This document shows positions 19,549-29,905 of a DNA stretch of 64,000 nucleotides, piece by piece; within the stretch, counting starts at the first letter, position 1; each line of letters opens with the position of its first letter. Both the position numbers and the translations under genes were made by a program. Under the pieces are notes generated by a model. The model was not told the DNA's origin. It did no database searches and saw nothing but the letters and a program-made list of their open reading frames with translations. The stretch is from contig OZ242221.1 of assembly GCA_965206845.1 (NCBI GenBank), positions 768,001-832,000 on the forward strand. Direction: 5' to 3'. The DNA comes from Cenarchaeum sp. (GTDB lineage Archaea; Thermoproteota; Nitrososphaeria; Nitrososphaerales; Nitrosopumilaceae).

Positions 19549-20294
19549 TCCAGCTCACCATAATGAAGATTACCGGCTACGGGCCGTGGACCGTCACGCT
19601 GGGAAGCGACCGTGAGCATCGCCTGCAGATGCTGCAGGCATCAATGTATGGAAAGGTGCAGGAGCTCTTCTCTGCCCGGAACTCGCTGGTGTTTCTGAAC
19701 AGGGCCGACGAGTTCTTTGCGGTAACAAACGGTCTGGATCTTCAGGATCACATAGACATACAGGTGGAGCTCGAGTCCCAGTTTGATGTCAGACTGTCGA
19801 TGTCCGTGGGCCGCGCGGCAAGCCCGTTTGAGGCAAACATCCAGGCGCACAGGGCAAGATCCAAAAAGCCCCTTAATGAGAGCCACAGTATATACGGCTC
19901 CCTCAACGGAGGCGCCGATGACATGGTGACCATCATGCACCTTGATGTGGAGAACCTCACCTCAAGGGCCGAGACGATCTCGCCATATGAGATCTCGTCG
20001 ATCATCTTTGATCTGTACGCCAGAATGTCCGAGTTCTTCCAGAAGCGGGGAGCTCTCTCGTTCTTTATGGGCGGGGACAACTTCATGGTGGTGGCAGACG
20101 CGCAGGCAAGAGATGCCGTAGCCGAGTTTCTTGCCGACAGGAGCCGGAGCGGCATGGTGATCAACTGCGGCATAGGAACGGGCAGGACCGCGCGCCAGGC
20201 CGCAGGCCTTGCCACCGCATCCCTGGACACGATACGCAGCATGCGAGACTCGGGACAGAAAAAACCAGAGATCTACGAGACGCGATGCTCATAA
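19545..20294 (+). CDS. gch3: GTP cyclohydrolase III (IIa)
   Basis: YGPWTVTLGSDREH.LQ and FFMGGDNF motifs. Confidence 0.9.
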   Translation: MIQLTIMKITGYGPWTVTLGSDREHRLQMLQASMYGKVQELFSARNSLVFLNRADEFFAVTNGLDLQDHIDIQVELESQFDVRLSMSVGRAASPFEANIQAHRARSKKPLNESHSIYGSLNGGADDMVTIMHLDVENLTSRAETISPYEISSIIFDLYARMSEFFQKRGALSFFMGGDNFMVVADAQARDAVAEFLADRSRSGMVINCGIGTGRTARQAAGLATASLDTIRSMRDSGQKKPEIYETRCS

Positions 20295-21469
20295 GAAATG
20301 CCAGTGTGTTGCTGGGAGAAGACCTCAGGTATGTGCAGGATACCAGTATCGGTATCCGCGGCGGGCGGTTCTGCGACATCGGGCAGGAGAACGGCGCCGA
20401 CGGGGAACAGGTGGACTGCGAGGGCCTGCTGCTGATTCCGGGCCTGGTCAACTGCCACACCCACGTGGGGGACTCGGTGGCAAAGGATGTGGCCCTCAAC
20501 GAGACGACCGACGGCAGGGTGCATCCGGCATCCGGCGTAAAGGCCCGGGTTCTTGAGGGAACCGACGACGGGCACCTGGTGCAGTTCATGAGGGCCGCCT
20601 GCCAGTCCATGGTAAGAAGGGGAATCACCACGTTTGTTGACTTTAGGGAAGGCGGCATGGCCGGTGTTGCGCTCCTGAGGAAGGCGGTCCGGGAAGTCGG
20701 GATCCGGCCCGTCATTATGGGACGGATCGGGAGCTACCAGAACGCAGGGCAGATACGGAAGAACAGCGGCCTTGTGGAGCCGCAGAAGGCAGAGCTGGCC
20801 CGGGTTCTGCAGTGTTGTGACGGTCTGGGCATAAGCGGGGCTAACGAGAACAGCGACGCGGTCCTAAAGCACTACTCCCAGACTCCCAAGCTGCGGGCCA
20901 TCCATGCGGCAGAGACGGAGCAGAGTACCAAGGCATCCCGTACCGTAACGGGGAGGAGCGAGGTGGAGCGGGCCTTGGAGATGCGGCCCCACTTTGTCGT
21001 GCATATGACGCATGCGTCTCCGGAGGAGATCCGGCTTGCGGCAGCCGGTACCCGCGGTGTCGTGGTCTGCCCAAGGGCCAACGGCGCCCTGGCAGGCGGG
21101 GTACCGGATGTGGGCATGATGCTAAAAGCCGGCTGCACCGTTGCAATAGGCACCGACAACATCATGGTAAACTCGCCGGATATGTTTCGGGAGATGGACT
21201 ACACGTGGAAGGTCGCCATGGGCAGGGACCGGTCCAGGATCGACCCACGGGAGATTCTGAAGATGGCCACGGTAAACGCGTCAAGGATCCTGTGCCGTGA
21301 TGTGGGGGTAATCCGGCAGGACGCCCCGGCAGACGCAGTATTTGTGAACAAGCATGCGCTGGATCTGGAGCCGATGCACAACCCGCATGCGTCGGTAGTG
21401 CACCGCGTATCCGAATCGGCAATCAGGGCAGTAATGATCGGCGGGAGGATAGTGCATGGCCAGATCTAG
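20285..21469 (+). CDS. Metal-dependent amidohydrolase/deaminase
   Basis: PGLVNCHTH, HAAET, VHMTH, CPRAN and GTDN motifs. Confidence 0.88.
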   Translation: MLIRNASVLLGEDLRYVQDTSIGIRGGRFCDIGQENGADGEQVDCEGLLLIPGLVNCHTHVGDSVAKDVALNETTDGRVHPASGVKARVLEGTDDGHLVQFMRAACQSMVRRGITTFVDFREGGMAGVALLRKAVREVGIRPVIMGRIGSYQNAGQIRKNSGLVEPQKAELARVLQCCDGLGISGANENSDAVLKHYSQTPKLRAIHAAETEQSTKASRTVTGRSEVERALEMRPHFVVHMTHASPEEIRLAAAGTRGVVVCPRANGALAGGVPDVGMMLKAGCTVAIGTDNIMVNSPDMFREMDYTWKVAMGRDRSRIDPREILKMATVNASRILCRDVGVIRQDAPADAVFVNKHALDLEPMHNPHASVVHRVSESAIRAVMIGGRIVHGQI

Positions 21470-22127
21470 GCCCCGGGTGATACTCAGCGCCGCAGTGTCG
21501 GTGGACGGCAAGATCGCCACGGTTCAGGGCGACGCTGGACTCTCCTCCCGGGCCGACAGGAGGCGCGTGCACCTGCTGCGGTCCCGCGCCGATGCCATCC
21601 TGATCGGAAAGAACACCTTGGAGCTTGACGACCCGCTGCTCACGGCCAGGCTTGCAGGAGGAAGAAATCCCGTCCGTGTCATCCTAGACTCCCGTGGCAC
21701 GATCTCCTCCGGATCCAAGATTCTCAGAACCAGCGGCAGTGTTCCAACAATAATTGCAGTCACCAAGAGAATCTCAGAGGATGACATGCTGCGCCTGAGG
21801 AGGTCGCCGGCCGAGGTTGTGGTATGCGGTACGGAGGAGGTCGATATCAGGGCACTGCTGGCAGATCTCCACACCCGTGGCATTCGGCTCCTTCTGGTGG
21901 AGGGAGGCGGGATCATAAACTGGTACTTTGTCAAGCACGGCCTGGCAGACGAGGTGATAGTCACCGTTGCGCCGTACCTTGTGGGCGGACAGTCTGCGGC
22001 ATCCCTGATCCGGGGCGCAGGTTTCCCAAGCATCGCAGATTCGGCCAGGCTGAGGTTGCGAAGCGTATCCCGGTTCAAGGACGAGGTAGTTCTCGAGTAT
22101 GCCATACGCCAAAAGAGAGCGGCGTAA
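21456..22127 (+). CDS. 2,5-diamino-6-ribosylamino-pyrimidinone 5'-phosphate reductase (RibD C-terminal / ArfC)
   Basis: SVDGKIA, DDPLLTAR and LLVEGGG motifs. Confidence 0.9.
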   Translation: MARSRPRVILSAAVSVDGKIATVQGDAGLSSRADRRRVHLLRSRADAILIGKNTLELDDPLLTARLAGGRNPVRVILDSRGTISSGSKILRTSGSVPTIIAVTKRISEDDMLRLRRSPAEVVVCGTEEVDIRALLADLHTRGIRLLLVEGGGIINWYFVKHGLADEVIVTVAPYLVGGQSAASLIRGAGFPSIADSARLRLRSVSRFKDEVVLEYAIRQKRAA

Positions 22128-22157
22128 GTCCGGATGCGGCAGGGCCGCTCCGGGAGA

Positions 22158-22448
22158 CTAGCGCCGGCTTATCTTAAAGTCCCTCTTTGGCTGCTGGAGG
22201 GAGATGAGTATCTGCTTTAGCTGGTCGTCTGTAACCTGGGACTGCAGCCTCCCTTGGGACGCCATTCCGATGAGATAGTCTTCCACCATACCAGCAAGCT
22301 CTGGCTTGACCATTCTTATATTTGACAACCGCATTCGTGCCTTCTGCTCCAGTATCCGCTTGAGCGCGGCATCCTTTTGCGCATTGATCTCAGCCTGATT
22401 CGGCTTTTGTCCAGAGTGATCTCTTTCGTCTGGGTATGGAGAGCTCAT
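22158..22448 (-). CDS. PDCD5-like DNA-binding protein
   Basis: ARMRLSNIRMVKPE and DDQLKQIL; follows rps19e. Confidence 0.88.
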   Translation of the reverse strand: MSSPYPDERDHSGQKPNQAEINAQKDAALKRILEQKARMRLSNIRMVKPELAGMVEDYLIGMASQGRLQSQVTDDQLKQILISLQQPKRDFKISRR

Positions 22449-22455
22449 TTTCACA

Positions 22456-22908
22456 CTACGCATAGATCATTAGCTGGGGATTGGCCGAGCCAAGCTCCTT
22501 GAGTATGTCTGTTGCCAGCCTGTCAATCTTCTGCATTCCCTGCTTTGAGATTATCCTGCCCCTCTTGTCCAGTCTCTCCACATAGCCTAACTTTTCCAAC
22601 CCATGAATTGCACTGCGGACGATGGCCCCTCCGGCGCTCTTGTGATGTGCCGCCCCGTATCCGGAAGGCTTGCCTCCGCCGTACACCTTGCAGAGATCCT
22701 GCACCCCCATGGGGCCGTGAATGTAGATCTTTCTTAAAACAGAGGCGCATCTTGTATGCCACCAGTCCCGGTTGTGGGGTGGCCTGATTGCGTGTGCCCC
22801 GGTCTTTACAAAGTGTATCCAGGCAGGTGCCGGAATGTCCTCACTCTTCAGTATTGCAGAAAGCCGACTGATCAGAAGGTCAGGCGGAACGTCATACACC
22901 TTTGCCAT
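22456..22908 (-). CDS. rps19e: 30S ribosomal protein S19e
   Basis: VYDVP, VKTG and WWHTRCASVLRKIY motifs. Confidence 0.95.
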   Translation of the reverse strand: MAKVYDVPPDLLISRLSAILKSEDIPAPAWIHFVKTGAHAIRPPHNRDWWHTRCASVLRKIYIHGPMGVQDLCKVYGGGKPSGYGAAHHKSAGGAIVRSAIHGLEKLGYVERLDKRGRIISKQGMQKIDRLATDILKELGSANPQLMIYA

Positions 22909-23100
22909 AGGCTCAGATGTTCGGCAATCGTCTTATAAATCATTGAGCGGGGAGATTTCGGATCCGTACTGTCCTGATGCAGGCCGCGTTCCGGAGCGCA
23001 AAACGGCCGGTGGCAGAAGAACCCGTGTGGCGCCGGTACGCAAACCAGGTACGTCGCATGCTGCATTTGTCCCGGCGGCCGGAGCAGATACGGCCGCAGC

Positions 23101-23643
23101 CTACGATGCGCCGGGATGCCGCGATCCTGCGCTCACCACGCTCTTGCCGTGCCCGGTGGGTATGATCCTCTTTTGGGCTCCCGGAAACTCGGCATCAAGC
23201 TGGCTCCCGCCCTGGATTCTGTCCAGCAGAACCGCCAGCGCGCTTATCTCCGAGTGCGGCTGGTTCCCAACTGCCACGTTGTAGTCTGCCGCATCATAGA
23301 CCTCCCTGGGAACCTTCTCTGCACCCACCACCACCAGGATGTCCTTCTCCTGGCGGATCCGCTCCTGCACGCTGCCAATGCGCTCGCCGTACATAGTCAG
23401 ATGGACGATCTTGGATCTGTGCCTGTACCCGTGCAGGAGCTTGCGCCACTCGTCAACAAAGATCACCTCAAAGTTCCCTCCCAAGGATACGTTGACTTTC
23501 TCCAGAGTGTCCCTGATCTCCGGATTTACCTCGTTCATAAAGATCCGCCGGGCGCCAAAGGCCCTTGAGACCAGGGCCACATGAGTGGTAACCCTGTCGT
23601 CCCTTACCAGCCGCTGGCCGATTCGGAGCACCTCAATTACCAG
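23101..23643 (-). CDS. trm56: tRNA (cytidine(56)-2'-O)-methyltransferase
   Basis: [31 protein letters not shown] and NQPHSE motifs; start uncertain (CTG at 23643 or a nearby GTG). Confidence 0.9.
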   Translation of the reverse strand: MVIEVLRIGQRLVRDDRVTTHVALVSRAFGARRIFMNEVNPEIRDTLEKVNVSLGGNFEVIFVDEWRKLLHGYRHRSKIVHLTMYGERIGSVQERIRQEKDILVVVGAEKVPREVYDAADYNVAVGNQPHSEISALAVLLDRIQGGSQLDAEFPGAQKRIIPTGHGKSVVSAGSRHPGAS

Positions 23644-24745
23644 AAGCCACCACCCCGTAGTCCTCTGCAGGCTGTCCCGTCCTGTCTGACACCTTCCTGA
23701 TAAGCAGCTTGAGCTGCGCAATGTTGCTTCCGGTCTTTGCCGATACGGCAATCCACTTTCTGCCATCCTCCAGGCCCAGCAGCCGGGCCTTGAGTCTGAT
23801 CTCTGGCGCGTCCACCAGATCCGACTTGTTCAGCACGTACAGAACCCTGTCCTGCTCGACGCCAATCTCCCACAGCGTCTTCATGCAGCTCCGAAACTTC
23901 TTCCTCAAGTCAGCCGCCTGGTCGCTGATATCCACCACGACTATCACAGCGTCCGTATGGAGCAGCTCCTCCAGGGTTGACTTGAAGGCGTCTATCATGT
24001 AAGCAGGCAGCTTGCTGATAAAGCCGACCGTGTCAGAGATGAGAAACACCCAGTCCCCCACGGGAACGCGTCGCGTCGTGGTGGACAACGTGGTAAAGAG
24101 GCTCTTGTTCTGTTCCTGCTGCTCTCCTGTCAGCCGATTAAACAGCTTGGTCTTTCCCGCAGATGTGTACCCTGCAAGCGACGACGTCTGGAATCCGGCC
24201 CTCTGCCTTGACCTGCGGTGAAGCTCCCTCTGCCTTCCTGCCTTGAGCAGCTTGGACTTGACCCTGTGCATTCTGTGCTTGATGTCGTTGTAGTAAGTGT
24301 CCACCTCAAACTTTCCAATTCCCATAAAGCCCGGCTGCTCCCCCATCCTTGCCAGGCGGACCTTCTCCCTGGCCCGTGACATCTCGTACCTCAGCTGGGC
24401 CATCTTTACCTGCAGCCGGGACTCGGTGGAAGACGCCCTGCTCTCAAAGATCTCCAGTATCAGCGCCTCCCTGTCCAGAACAGTTATGTGCAGCTTGGAC
24501 GCCAGATTGTAGTTCTGACTGGGCTTGAGAATCTCGTCAAACACCACTACGTCAGGCTGCATGCTGTTCACCACCTCCTCTAGCCGCCGTACAATCTCTT
24601 CGCTTACTCCATACTTTGGCCTCTTGAGAAACCGGTGCCTGACTGTATGGCATACCGCATACCCGGCAGAATCGCACAGTGCGGCTGCTTCGCTGAAGAC
24701 ATCCTCTATGTCGTATGTGATTAGTATGGCAGATTTGATCTTCAT
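23633..24745 (-). CDS. hflX: GTPase HflX
   Basis: [23 protein letters not shown] and SAK motifs. Confidence 0.93.
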   Translation of the reverse strand: MKIKSAILITYDIEDVFSEAAALCDSAGYAVCHTVRHRFLKRPKYGVSEEIVRRLEEVVNSMQPDVVVFDEILKPSQNYNLASKLHITVLDREALILEIFESRASSTESRLQVKMAQLRYEMSRAREKVRLARMGEQPGFMGIGKFEVDTYYNDIKHRMHRVKSKLLKAGRQRELHRRSRQRAGFQTSSLAGYTSAGKTKLFNRLTGEQQEQNKSLFTTLSTTTRRVPVGDWVFLISDTVGFISKLPAYMIDAFKSTLEELLHTDAVIVVVDISDQAADLRKKFRSCMKTLWEIGVEQDRVLYVLNKSDLVDAPEIRLKARLLGLEDGRKWIAVSAKTGSNIAQLKLLIRKVSDRTGQPAEDYGVVASGN

Positions 24746-24761
24746 TGACGAGATACCAGAA

Positions 24762-25805
24762 CTAGGCCTTCTTCTTTAGTGCCTTTTCTATGTTGATGTT
24801 AAGCACGATCTCCGCTATGTCGCTGGCATACTCGGCCACCCTCCGGATATCCTCCGTGATCCGCCTTGTGCGATAGAGATCCTCGGCGTCTAGTGACTTG
24901 GCTACGTCAGTCACGCGCGTCTCATACTCGAATATGAGCTTGGCCTTCTCAATGGTCTCCTCTGCCTGCAGGTAGTCCTCCTTGAAGAGGGACAGGCACG
25001 CATCATCTAGCACGGACAGGGCAAACTTGCTCATATCCTGTATCTTGTCCATAATCTCCGGCCTCATCTCCTTCTTGAACTCCAGCAGATCGTAGGCTAT
25101 TCGTGTCGCATGATCGCCTGCGCGCTCGATGCTCTTCACAACCAGCCTGTATCCAAGACACTGCCTGGCATTGCTGAAACCAAGCTCCTTTAGCATGTGC
25201 CCGTTCTGTATTGCAATCTTTAGCTGGCGAATTATGTAGAACCCAAACCGGTCCACCTCGTCGTCAGTGCTTATTATCTCCTTGGCAAGATCCATGTTGT
25301 TCTCCCGCATGGCAAGCATCACGTCATCTAGCATGGACACTGTAAGATGCAGCATTCTCTTGAAGGCTCCGTTTACCGAGAGCTCCAGCAGGTTGACCAG
25401 CACCTGTATTGTTATCCCTCCCGTATGATCCGAGATTATCTCTGTTCCCATGAGCATTCTTCTTACCGCATCCTTTACCGCCGTTCTCTGATCGGGCCGG
25501 AGCCTTCCGCTCTTTGGGTTTACGTTGATGGTGTTCAGGCCAAGAAAGTACAGCGAGATCAGCTTTCTGACTATGGTGTGACTGGCCTCCTCAGGTCCGA
25601 TCTCGATGGTTACAGCCTCTGCCGGCATCCCTCTTGTCTTGTACTTTGGCGGGTAGATCTGCAGCACCGACGATCCGTCGCGCATCATTCTGAGCTGATC
25701 GCCCCGCTTCAGTCCCAGATCTGTAATCCACTGTTTTGGCAACGATACTATATATGATGACTTGCCGGTAAACTGGATTTTCCGGGTTTCCTCTCTTTCC
25801 CCCAT
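24762..25805 (-). CDS. AbrB-PhoU phosphate uptake regulator
   Basis: [18 protein letters not shown] AbrB domain plus DDEVDR / ERAGDHA PhoU repeats. Confidence 0.88.
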   Translation of the reverse strand: MGEREETRKIQFTGKSSYIVSLPKQWITDLGLKRGDQLRMMRDGSSVLQIYPPKYKTRGMPAEAVTIEIGPEEASHTIVRKLISLYFLGLNTINVNPKSGRLRPDQRTAVKDAVRRMLMGTEIISDHTGGITIQVLVNLLELSVNGAFKRMLHLTVSMLDDVMLAMRENNMDLAKEIISTDDEVDRFGFYIIRQLKIAIQNGHMLKELGFSNARQCLGYRLVVKSIERAGDHATRIAYDLLEFKKEMRPEIMDKIQDMSKFALSVLDDACLSLFKEDYLQAEETIEKAKLIFEYETRVTDVAKSLDAEDLYRTRRITEDIRRVAEYASDIAEIVLNINIEKALKKKA

Positions 25806-25947
25806 AATGTATATAGGCATTCGAGAATTACATAATTTATACCTGCTCATATACAAAAGGGCAAATCTGCGCATATGACTCCGGACGCTGCCGGTTCTGT
25901 CCTGCGCGCAGCGCATGGACTAATATTTTGCCAGTACCGCACCACAT

Positions 25948-26415
25948 ATGATGGATCATGTTCTGAAGCTCAAGCACACGATAGACGCGCTGTTTGGCAG
26001 TGGCGTATCCAGGTATCTGCCAAAGGAGTTGAGCATCACGCTCTCAAGGAAGAACCGCCGGATTCGTAGCGTGTACCACGACGGCCGACTCCTGTGCACG
26101 CTGAGAATTGATGGCGGCCTTGCAATATCACCATACTTTGCACAGATGCTGCTCAAGAGCAGGACGTTTAGGCAGAGCTGTCTGGAGATCGATGACGAGT
26201 CAAGGCCCTTCGTGCAGCAGGGCAAGTCCGTCTTCTGTCGCCATGTGGTCTGGTGCGGAAGAAACGTCTCCATCTCATCGGAGACGCCGGTTCTCCACGA
26301 TGACAGGGTCATAGCTGTGGGACGGGCGGTACTGTCCAGGTCAATGATCATGTCCATGAAGCGCGGGGTGGCGGTCCGCATCAGAGATAGTTTTAAAACT
26401 GTAGAGGAGCAGTAA
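25948..26415 (+). CDS. PUA-domain protein (ArcTGT C-terminal-like)
   Basis: GKSVFCRHV, AVGRA and GVAVRIR motifs. Confidence 0.8.
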   Translation: MMDHVLKLKHTIDALFGSGVSRYLPKELSITLSRKNRRIRSVYHDGRLLCTLRIDGGLAISPYFAQMLLKSRTFRQSCLEIDDESRPFVQQGKSVFCRHVVWCGRNVSISSETPVLHDDRVIAVGRAVLSRSMIMSMKRGVAVRIRDSFKTVEEQ

Positions 26416-26422
26416 GGATGTC

Positions 26423-26761
26423 ATGATGCGGGGCGGAAACCGGAAGATGCGCCGGCAGATGGACAAGATGGGCCTTCAGATGGAGGAGGTATCAGACGTT
26501 CAGGAGGTCATCATAAAGACAGACAAGATAGAGATAATCCTATCAAAGCCCCAGGTATCCAAGATGCAGGCAAAGGAGGGCGGCGCCTTGTACACGGTCA
26601 GTGCGGACAACTACGAGGAGAGAGAGCTGGAGGTCCAGATATTCTCTGATGAGGCCATTAAGACTGTGTGCGAGCGGGCCGGCGTGGATGAGGAGAGGGC
26701 AAAGGGAGCCCTTGCCGAGGCAGAGGGCGATATTGTCAATGCCATAATGCTGCTACAGTAG
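26423..26761 (+). CDS. nac: Nascent polypeptide-associated complex protein
   Basis: MRRQMDKMG, V.EVII and C-terminal UBA (GDIVNAIM). Confidence 0.9.
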   Translation: MMRGGNRKMRRQMDKMGLQMEEVSDVQEVIIKTDKIEIILSKPQVSKMQAKEGGALYTVSADNYEERELEVQIFSDEAIKTVCERAGVDEERAKGALAEAEGDIVNAIMLLQ

Positions 26762-26853
26762 AATACATCCCGGGAACGGCAGTGTGCGCGGGTCGCCGGA
26801 TCCGCACGGCAGCTGTATGATTTAATTAATGGCGCCCAGAAATCATCTCAGAA

Positions 26854-27189
26854 ATGAACGGCGTGGCCGAATCCAAGGTTGGCAGCATAATCAAGTCGCT
26901 CTCGATGCTAGAAGATGATCTGGACTCTCTGCATTCCAAGGCATCAGATATGAAGAAGAACCTGTCAATCAAGGCACATAGCGAGATCGACAGGCTTTTG
27001 GAAGAGGTACGCAAGATGGCGGCCGCAGAGGCCGAGAAGATCATCACCGAAGCGCGTGCAAAGGCCCAGTCACAGGCAGAAAAGATAACCCAGGACGGAG
27101 AAGAGAGGCTGAAGGAGATACAAACCATGGTTGATGCAAACTTTGACGAGGCAGTTGAGGACGTTGTGTCGACCGTGTTAGAAAAATAA
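26854..27189 (+). CDS. Coiled-coil protein, probable A-type ATPase peripheral stalk subunit H
   Basis: AEAEKIITEARAKAQ coiled coil and NFDEAV..VV C-terminus. Confidence 0.55.
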   Translation: MNGVAESKVGSIIKSLSMLEDDLDSLHSKASDMKKNLSIKAHSEIDRLLEEVRKMAAAEAEKIITEARAKAQSQAEKITQDGEERLKEIQTMVDANFDEAVEDVVSTVLEK

Positions 27190-27310
27190 ACCTATATCAC
27201 ACAAGAGCGGTACCCTTACCATCAGCCTGTTCGGATACGCACGCATCGGCATTGCCACGGCTTATGGCAGACCATACTACAGGCTCTCAAAATTTCTTCG
27301 AAATCTGGAT

Positions 27311-27847
27311 GTGGTATATGACTCCATACTCCCGGATCAGATCGAGTCGTATACAGGAAATCTGGTTCTTACCACACGGAGGGAAACACGGCGGAGCTCT
27401 GCAAGATACATGTTCTTTGAGGAGATGATCGACTCGCATCCTACAGTACTGCGTGGCATAATACTGCAGAGACTTGATCCGGATCTGGGGGAGAGGAAGC
27501 TTGTTCTGGGAATTGATCCCGGGCGCAAGCTGGGGCTGTCGGTCTACTACCTTGGCCGGGAGATCGAGAGCTCGTTTTACTCCTCGGTGGACGGCCTGGT
27601 GTCCCACATTGCCACAATCCTGTCAGATCTGCAGGCTCGAAGAAAGATTGTCAAGATCGGCAACGGAGACATGACGCAAGCCAGAGAGATAGGAGCCAGG
27701 CTAAAACTGGAGTCCCTCTCCCGCTTTGAGCTGGAGTTTGTCGACGAGAGCGGAACCAGCCTCAAGATCAGGCACTTTAATCAAAGCGGAAAGCGGGACA
27801 GGCTGTCTGCAAAGTATATCACACAGAGGGAGTCTGTGGCCCACTGA
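27311..27847 (+). CDS. Hypothetical protein with YqgF/RNase H-like motifs
   Basis: VLGIDPG, KIGNGD, FVDESGTS and D..SA motifs. Confidence 0.65.
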   Translation: MVYDSILPDQIESYTGNLVLTTRRETRRSSARYMFFEEMIDSHPTVLRGIILQRLDPDLGERKLVLGIDPGRKLGLSVYYLGREIESSFYSSVDGLVSHIATILSDLQARRKIVKIGNGDMTQAREIGARLKLESLSRFELEFVDESGTSLKIRHFNQSGKRDRLSAKYITQRESVAH

Positions 27848-28457
27848 CGCCATACCAGATGTAGTTAAAATTAACCTGATATGTAAAAAATACAGACAGT
27901 TGTGATAAAATTCTCATTGTTAAAACCAGTCATGAAAATGCCTTACGAAGAAGACAAGCTCCAGGGAATCGAGGTGGATGGTGCCAAAAAGCGCGCCAGC
28001 CTGCATCCGGATGCGCGCAGCCGTGCTGCTGGCACGGGAGCCAAACCGGTGCCAAAGAGCCCTTAAGGAGCCAATTTTTTGCCGTAAAGACCACAATGCC
28101 AAACCCAGCGTGCTGACGGCGCCAGGCAGTCTGACGCAATCCGGAAGACTCGCCCGTCCTTGTCGCGGCAGGACAGGCCAGCCATGTGGCGCATCCGGCG
28201 TTCCTGCAGGGGCTGTCCCGGAAGCCGGCAGGCCCAACCGCACCGGCTGCTGCCAGACAGGTGTTTGCTGCATGCTCTGACTGGGTGTCGTGTCAGGCAG
28301 GAGACACATCTGGACACTTGTGGCCGTTTCGTGCAGATTTAGGCGTAAATGATTACAGGTGAGACAGAATGCTGGAGCTTGTCCCATGCCCAATCTAGTC
28401 TCCTGCCCCGCCGGAATCATTTTGTTTATAAAATGGAGCATGCTGCCATGTATTAGG

Positions 28458-29033
28458 ATGGCAAAGTGGGCCGATTACCTGATCTCCGAGGTATCTTATG
28501 ACTCCAAGCGCAGGATCAAGTCTGTGCTGCGCCACAAAGATACTGGTACGGACGTTCAAAGGCCTGAGATCGTCAACAGGGTATCCATAATAGATGATCT
28601 AAGGGGCGGCCGATCCTACTGCACTATTTTTAACGGGCTTGACACCTGGACGCTGGGCAGCAAGATCCGTCTGCACCGCATAGGCTCTCAGCGCTCGATC
28701 AGAGTAGACGACAACAAGGTGGCATTTGATAACCTTGGCCCAGTTCTGGAGATGAGTATGGAGTTAGAGATGGAGAAGCCGGAGCCGGCCATCGAGTCCA
28801 AGGTGCCGAAGGTTACCGAGGCGATCAAGGACAAGAAGCCGGAGCCGGCAAGCCTTCCGCATACTAAAACAGATGACGCTCCCCCCGCTGTACGCGACTT
28901 GCCGCCCAAGAAAGATCAGGACGTCCCGGACAAGAAGGACGACAAGCCGGCTAAGAAGCGGCAGGCCAAGAAATCGGAACCCACGACAAGAAAACGCAAG
29001 CCGAGAACCGTCAAGGCAAAGCCAGAAGAATAG
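28458..29033 (+). CDS. DUF3892-like domain protein with Lys/Pro-rich tail
   Basis: MAKWADYLISEVSY...DNL N-terminal domain followed by a low-complexity basic tail. Confidence 0.65.
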   Translation: MAKWADYLISEVSYDSKRRIKSVLRHKDTGTDVQRPEIVNRVSIIDDLRGGRSYCTIFNGLDTWTLGSKIRLHRIGSQRSIRVDDNKVAFDNLGPVLEMSMELEMEKPEPAIESKVPKVTEAIKDKKPEPASLPHTKTDDAPPAVRDLPPKKDQDVPDKKDDKPAKKRQAKKSEPTTRKRKPRTVKAKPEE

Positions 29034-29136
29034 ATCAAAGAATCCCCGGACTGCCCAAGCAGTGCCTCGTCAAACATCGACAGGGCTGATGTGACAGAAT
29101 CTTGAATTAGATGCGAGTGCCGCGTCTGCTGGCGCC

Positions 29137-29550
29137 TTATGCTCCTGTAACCGGCTCAACCGCCCAGTCCTTGTTAACCCAGACGCCCACAGTCCTAGAG
29201 CCCCATCCCCACGAGTTTATCACATCGACCCACTGTCTGATCTGAGGAATGTGGTTCTCTGCAGAGCCTGGATTTGCGGCGCATTGATAGTGGCCCGATA
29301 CGACGATCAGATCTGAGCCGTGGGCATCCCGGGATATCCTTGCCTTCTCCTTTATCCTGCTGACGTATGTCAGATCCCCGGCCCATCTGTCCACACCGGG
29401 TTCGGTAATGGTATCCACATAGTCCACCGAATAGTTATTCCTGATCCACGCGTTAAGTGGAGTTTGAACCCTGCCGTCGATGCAGCCAATCAGAGTGGCA
29501 AACCTTCCCCCAGACACACTATTGCGGGATCCGCCGTAGTTAAAAATCAA
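29137..29550 (-). CDS. Putative beta-class-like carbonic anhydrase
   Basis: CIDGR and H..C Zn ligands, DTITEPG. Confidence 0.7.
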   Translation of the reverse strand: MIFNYGGSRNSVSGGRFATLIGCIDGRVQTPLNAWIRNNYSVDYVDTITEPGVDRWAGDLTYVSRIKEKARISRDAHGSDLIVVSGHYQCAANPGSAENHIPQIRQWVDVINSWGWGSRTVGVWVNKDWAVEPVTGA

Positions 29551-29620
29551 TATCAGGTAGGCATGCCCAGATTCTGGAGCGCCGTCGGCACGCAGGCCCC
29601 AGCAGGCAACGGATATCCTA

Positions 29621-29746
29621 CTAGCTGCCGGAACTCTTTGCCGCCTTGCTTATGATATCCCTGAAGGTCTCTCCGTACATGGAGTTTCTCTTAATCTCCG
29701 ATTCGTTGCTACTCTTGATGGCGTTCTGGATCTTCTTTTGATTCAT
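29621..29746 (-). CDS. Small hypothetical protein (41 aa)
   Basis: MNQKKIQNAIKSSNESEIKRNSMYGETFRDIISKAAKSSGS, translated by hand; below the ORF-track cutoff. Confidence 0.4.
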   Translation of the reverse strand: MNQKKIQNAIKSSNESEIKRNSMYGETFRDIISKAAKSSGS

Positions 29747-29905
29747 AACAGAACATGACGGGCCTGACAAAAAGGCCAGATGATCTTAAAAATTGACCTT
29801 TTACGTACTATTGATGTCATCCAGGGCAGCCTCCAGGCGGCAGCCTGCTAGGGCAGGCCGGCCGCGGTGAAGAGACATGAAACATACGGAAGGTCGTCCC
29901 CCAGG

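Noticed and set aside
27848-28457. 173-aa minus-strand ORF and other ORFs in a GC-rich spacer
   Set aside because: Composition is not protein-like and there are no motifs; could be eroded sequence, but unsupported.
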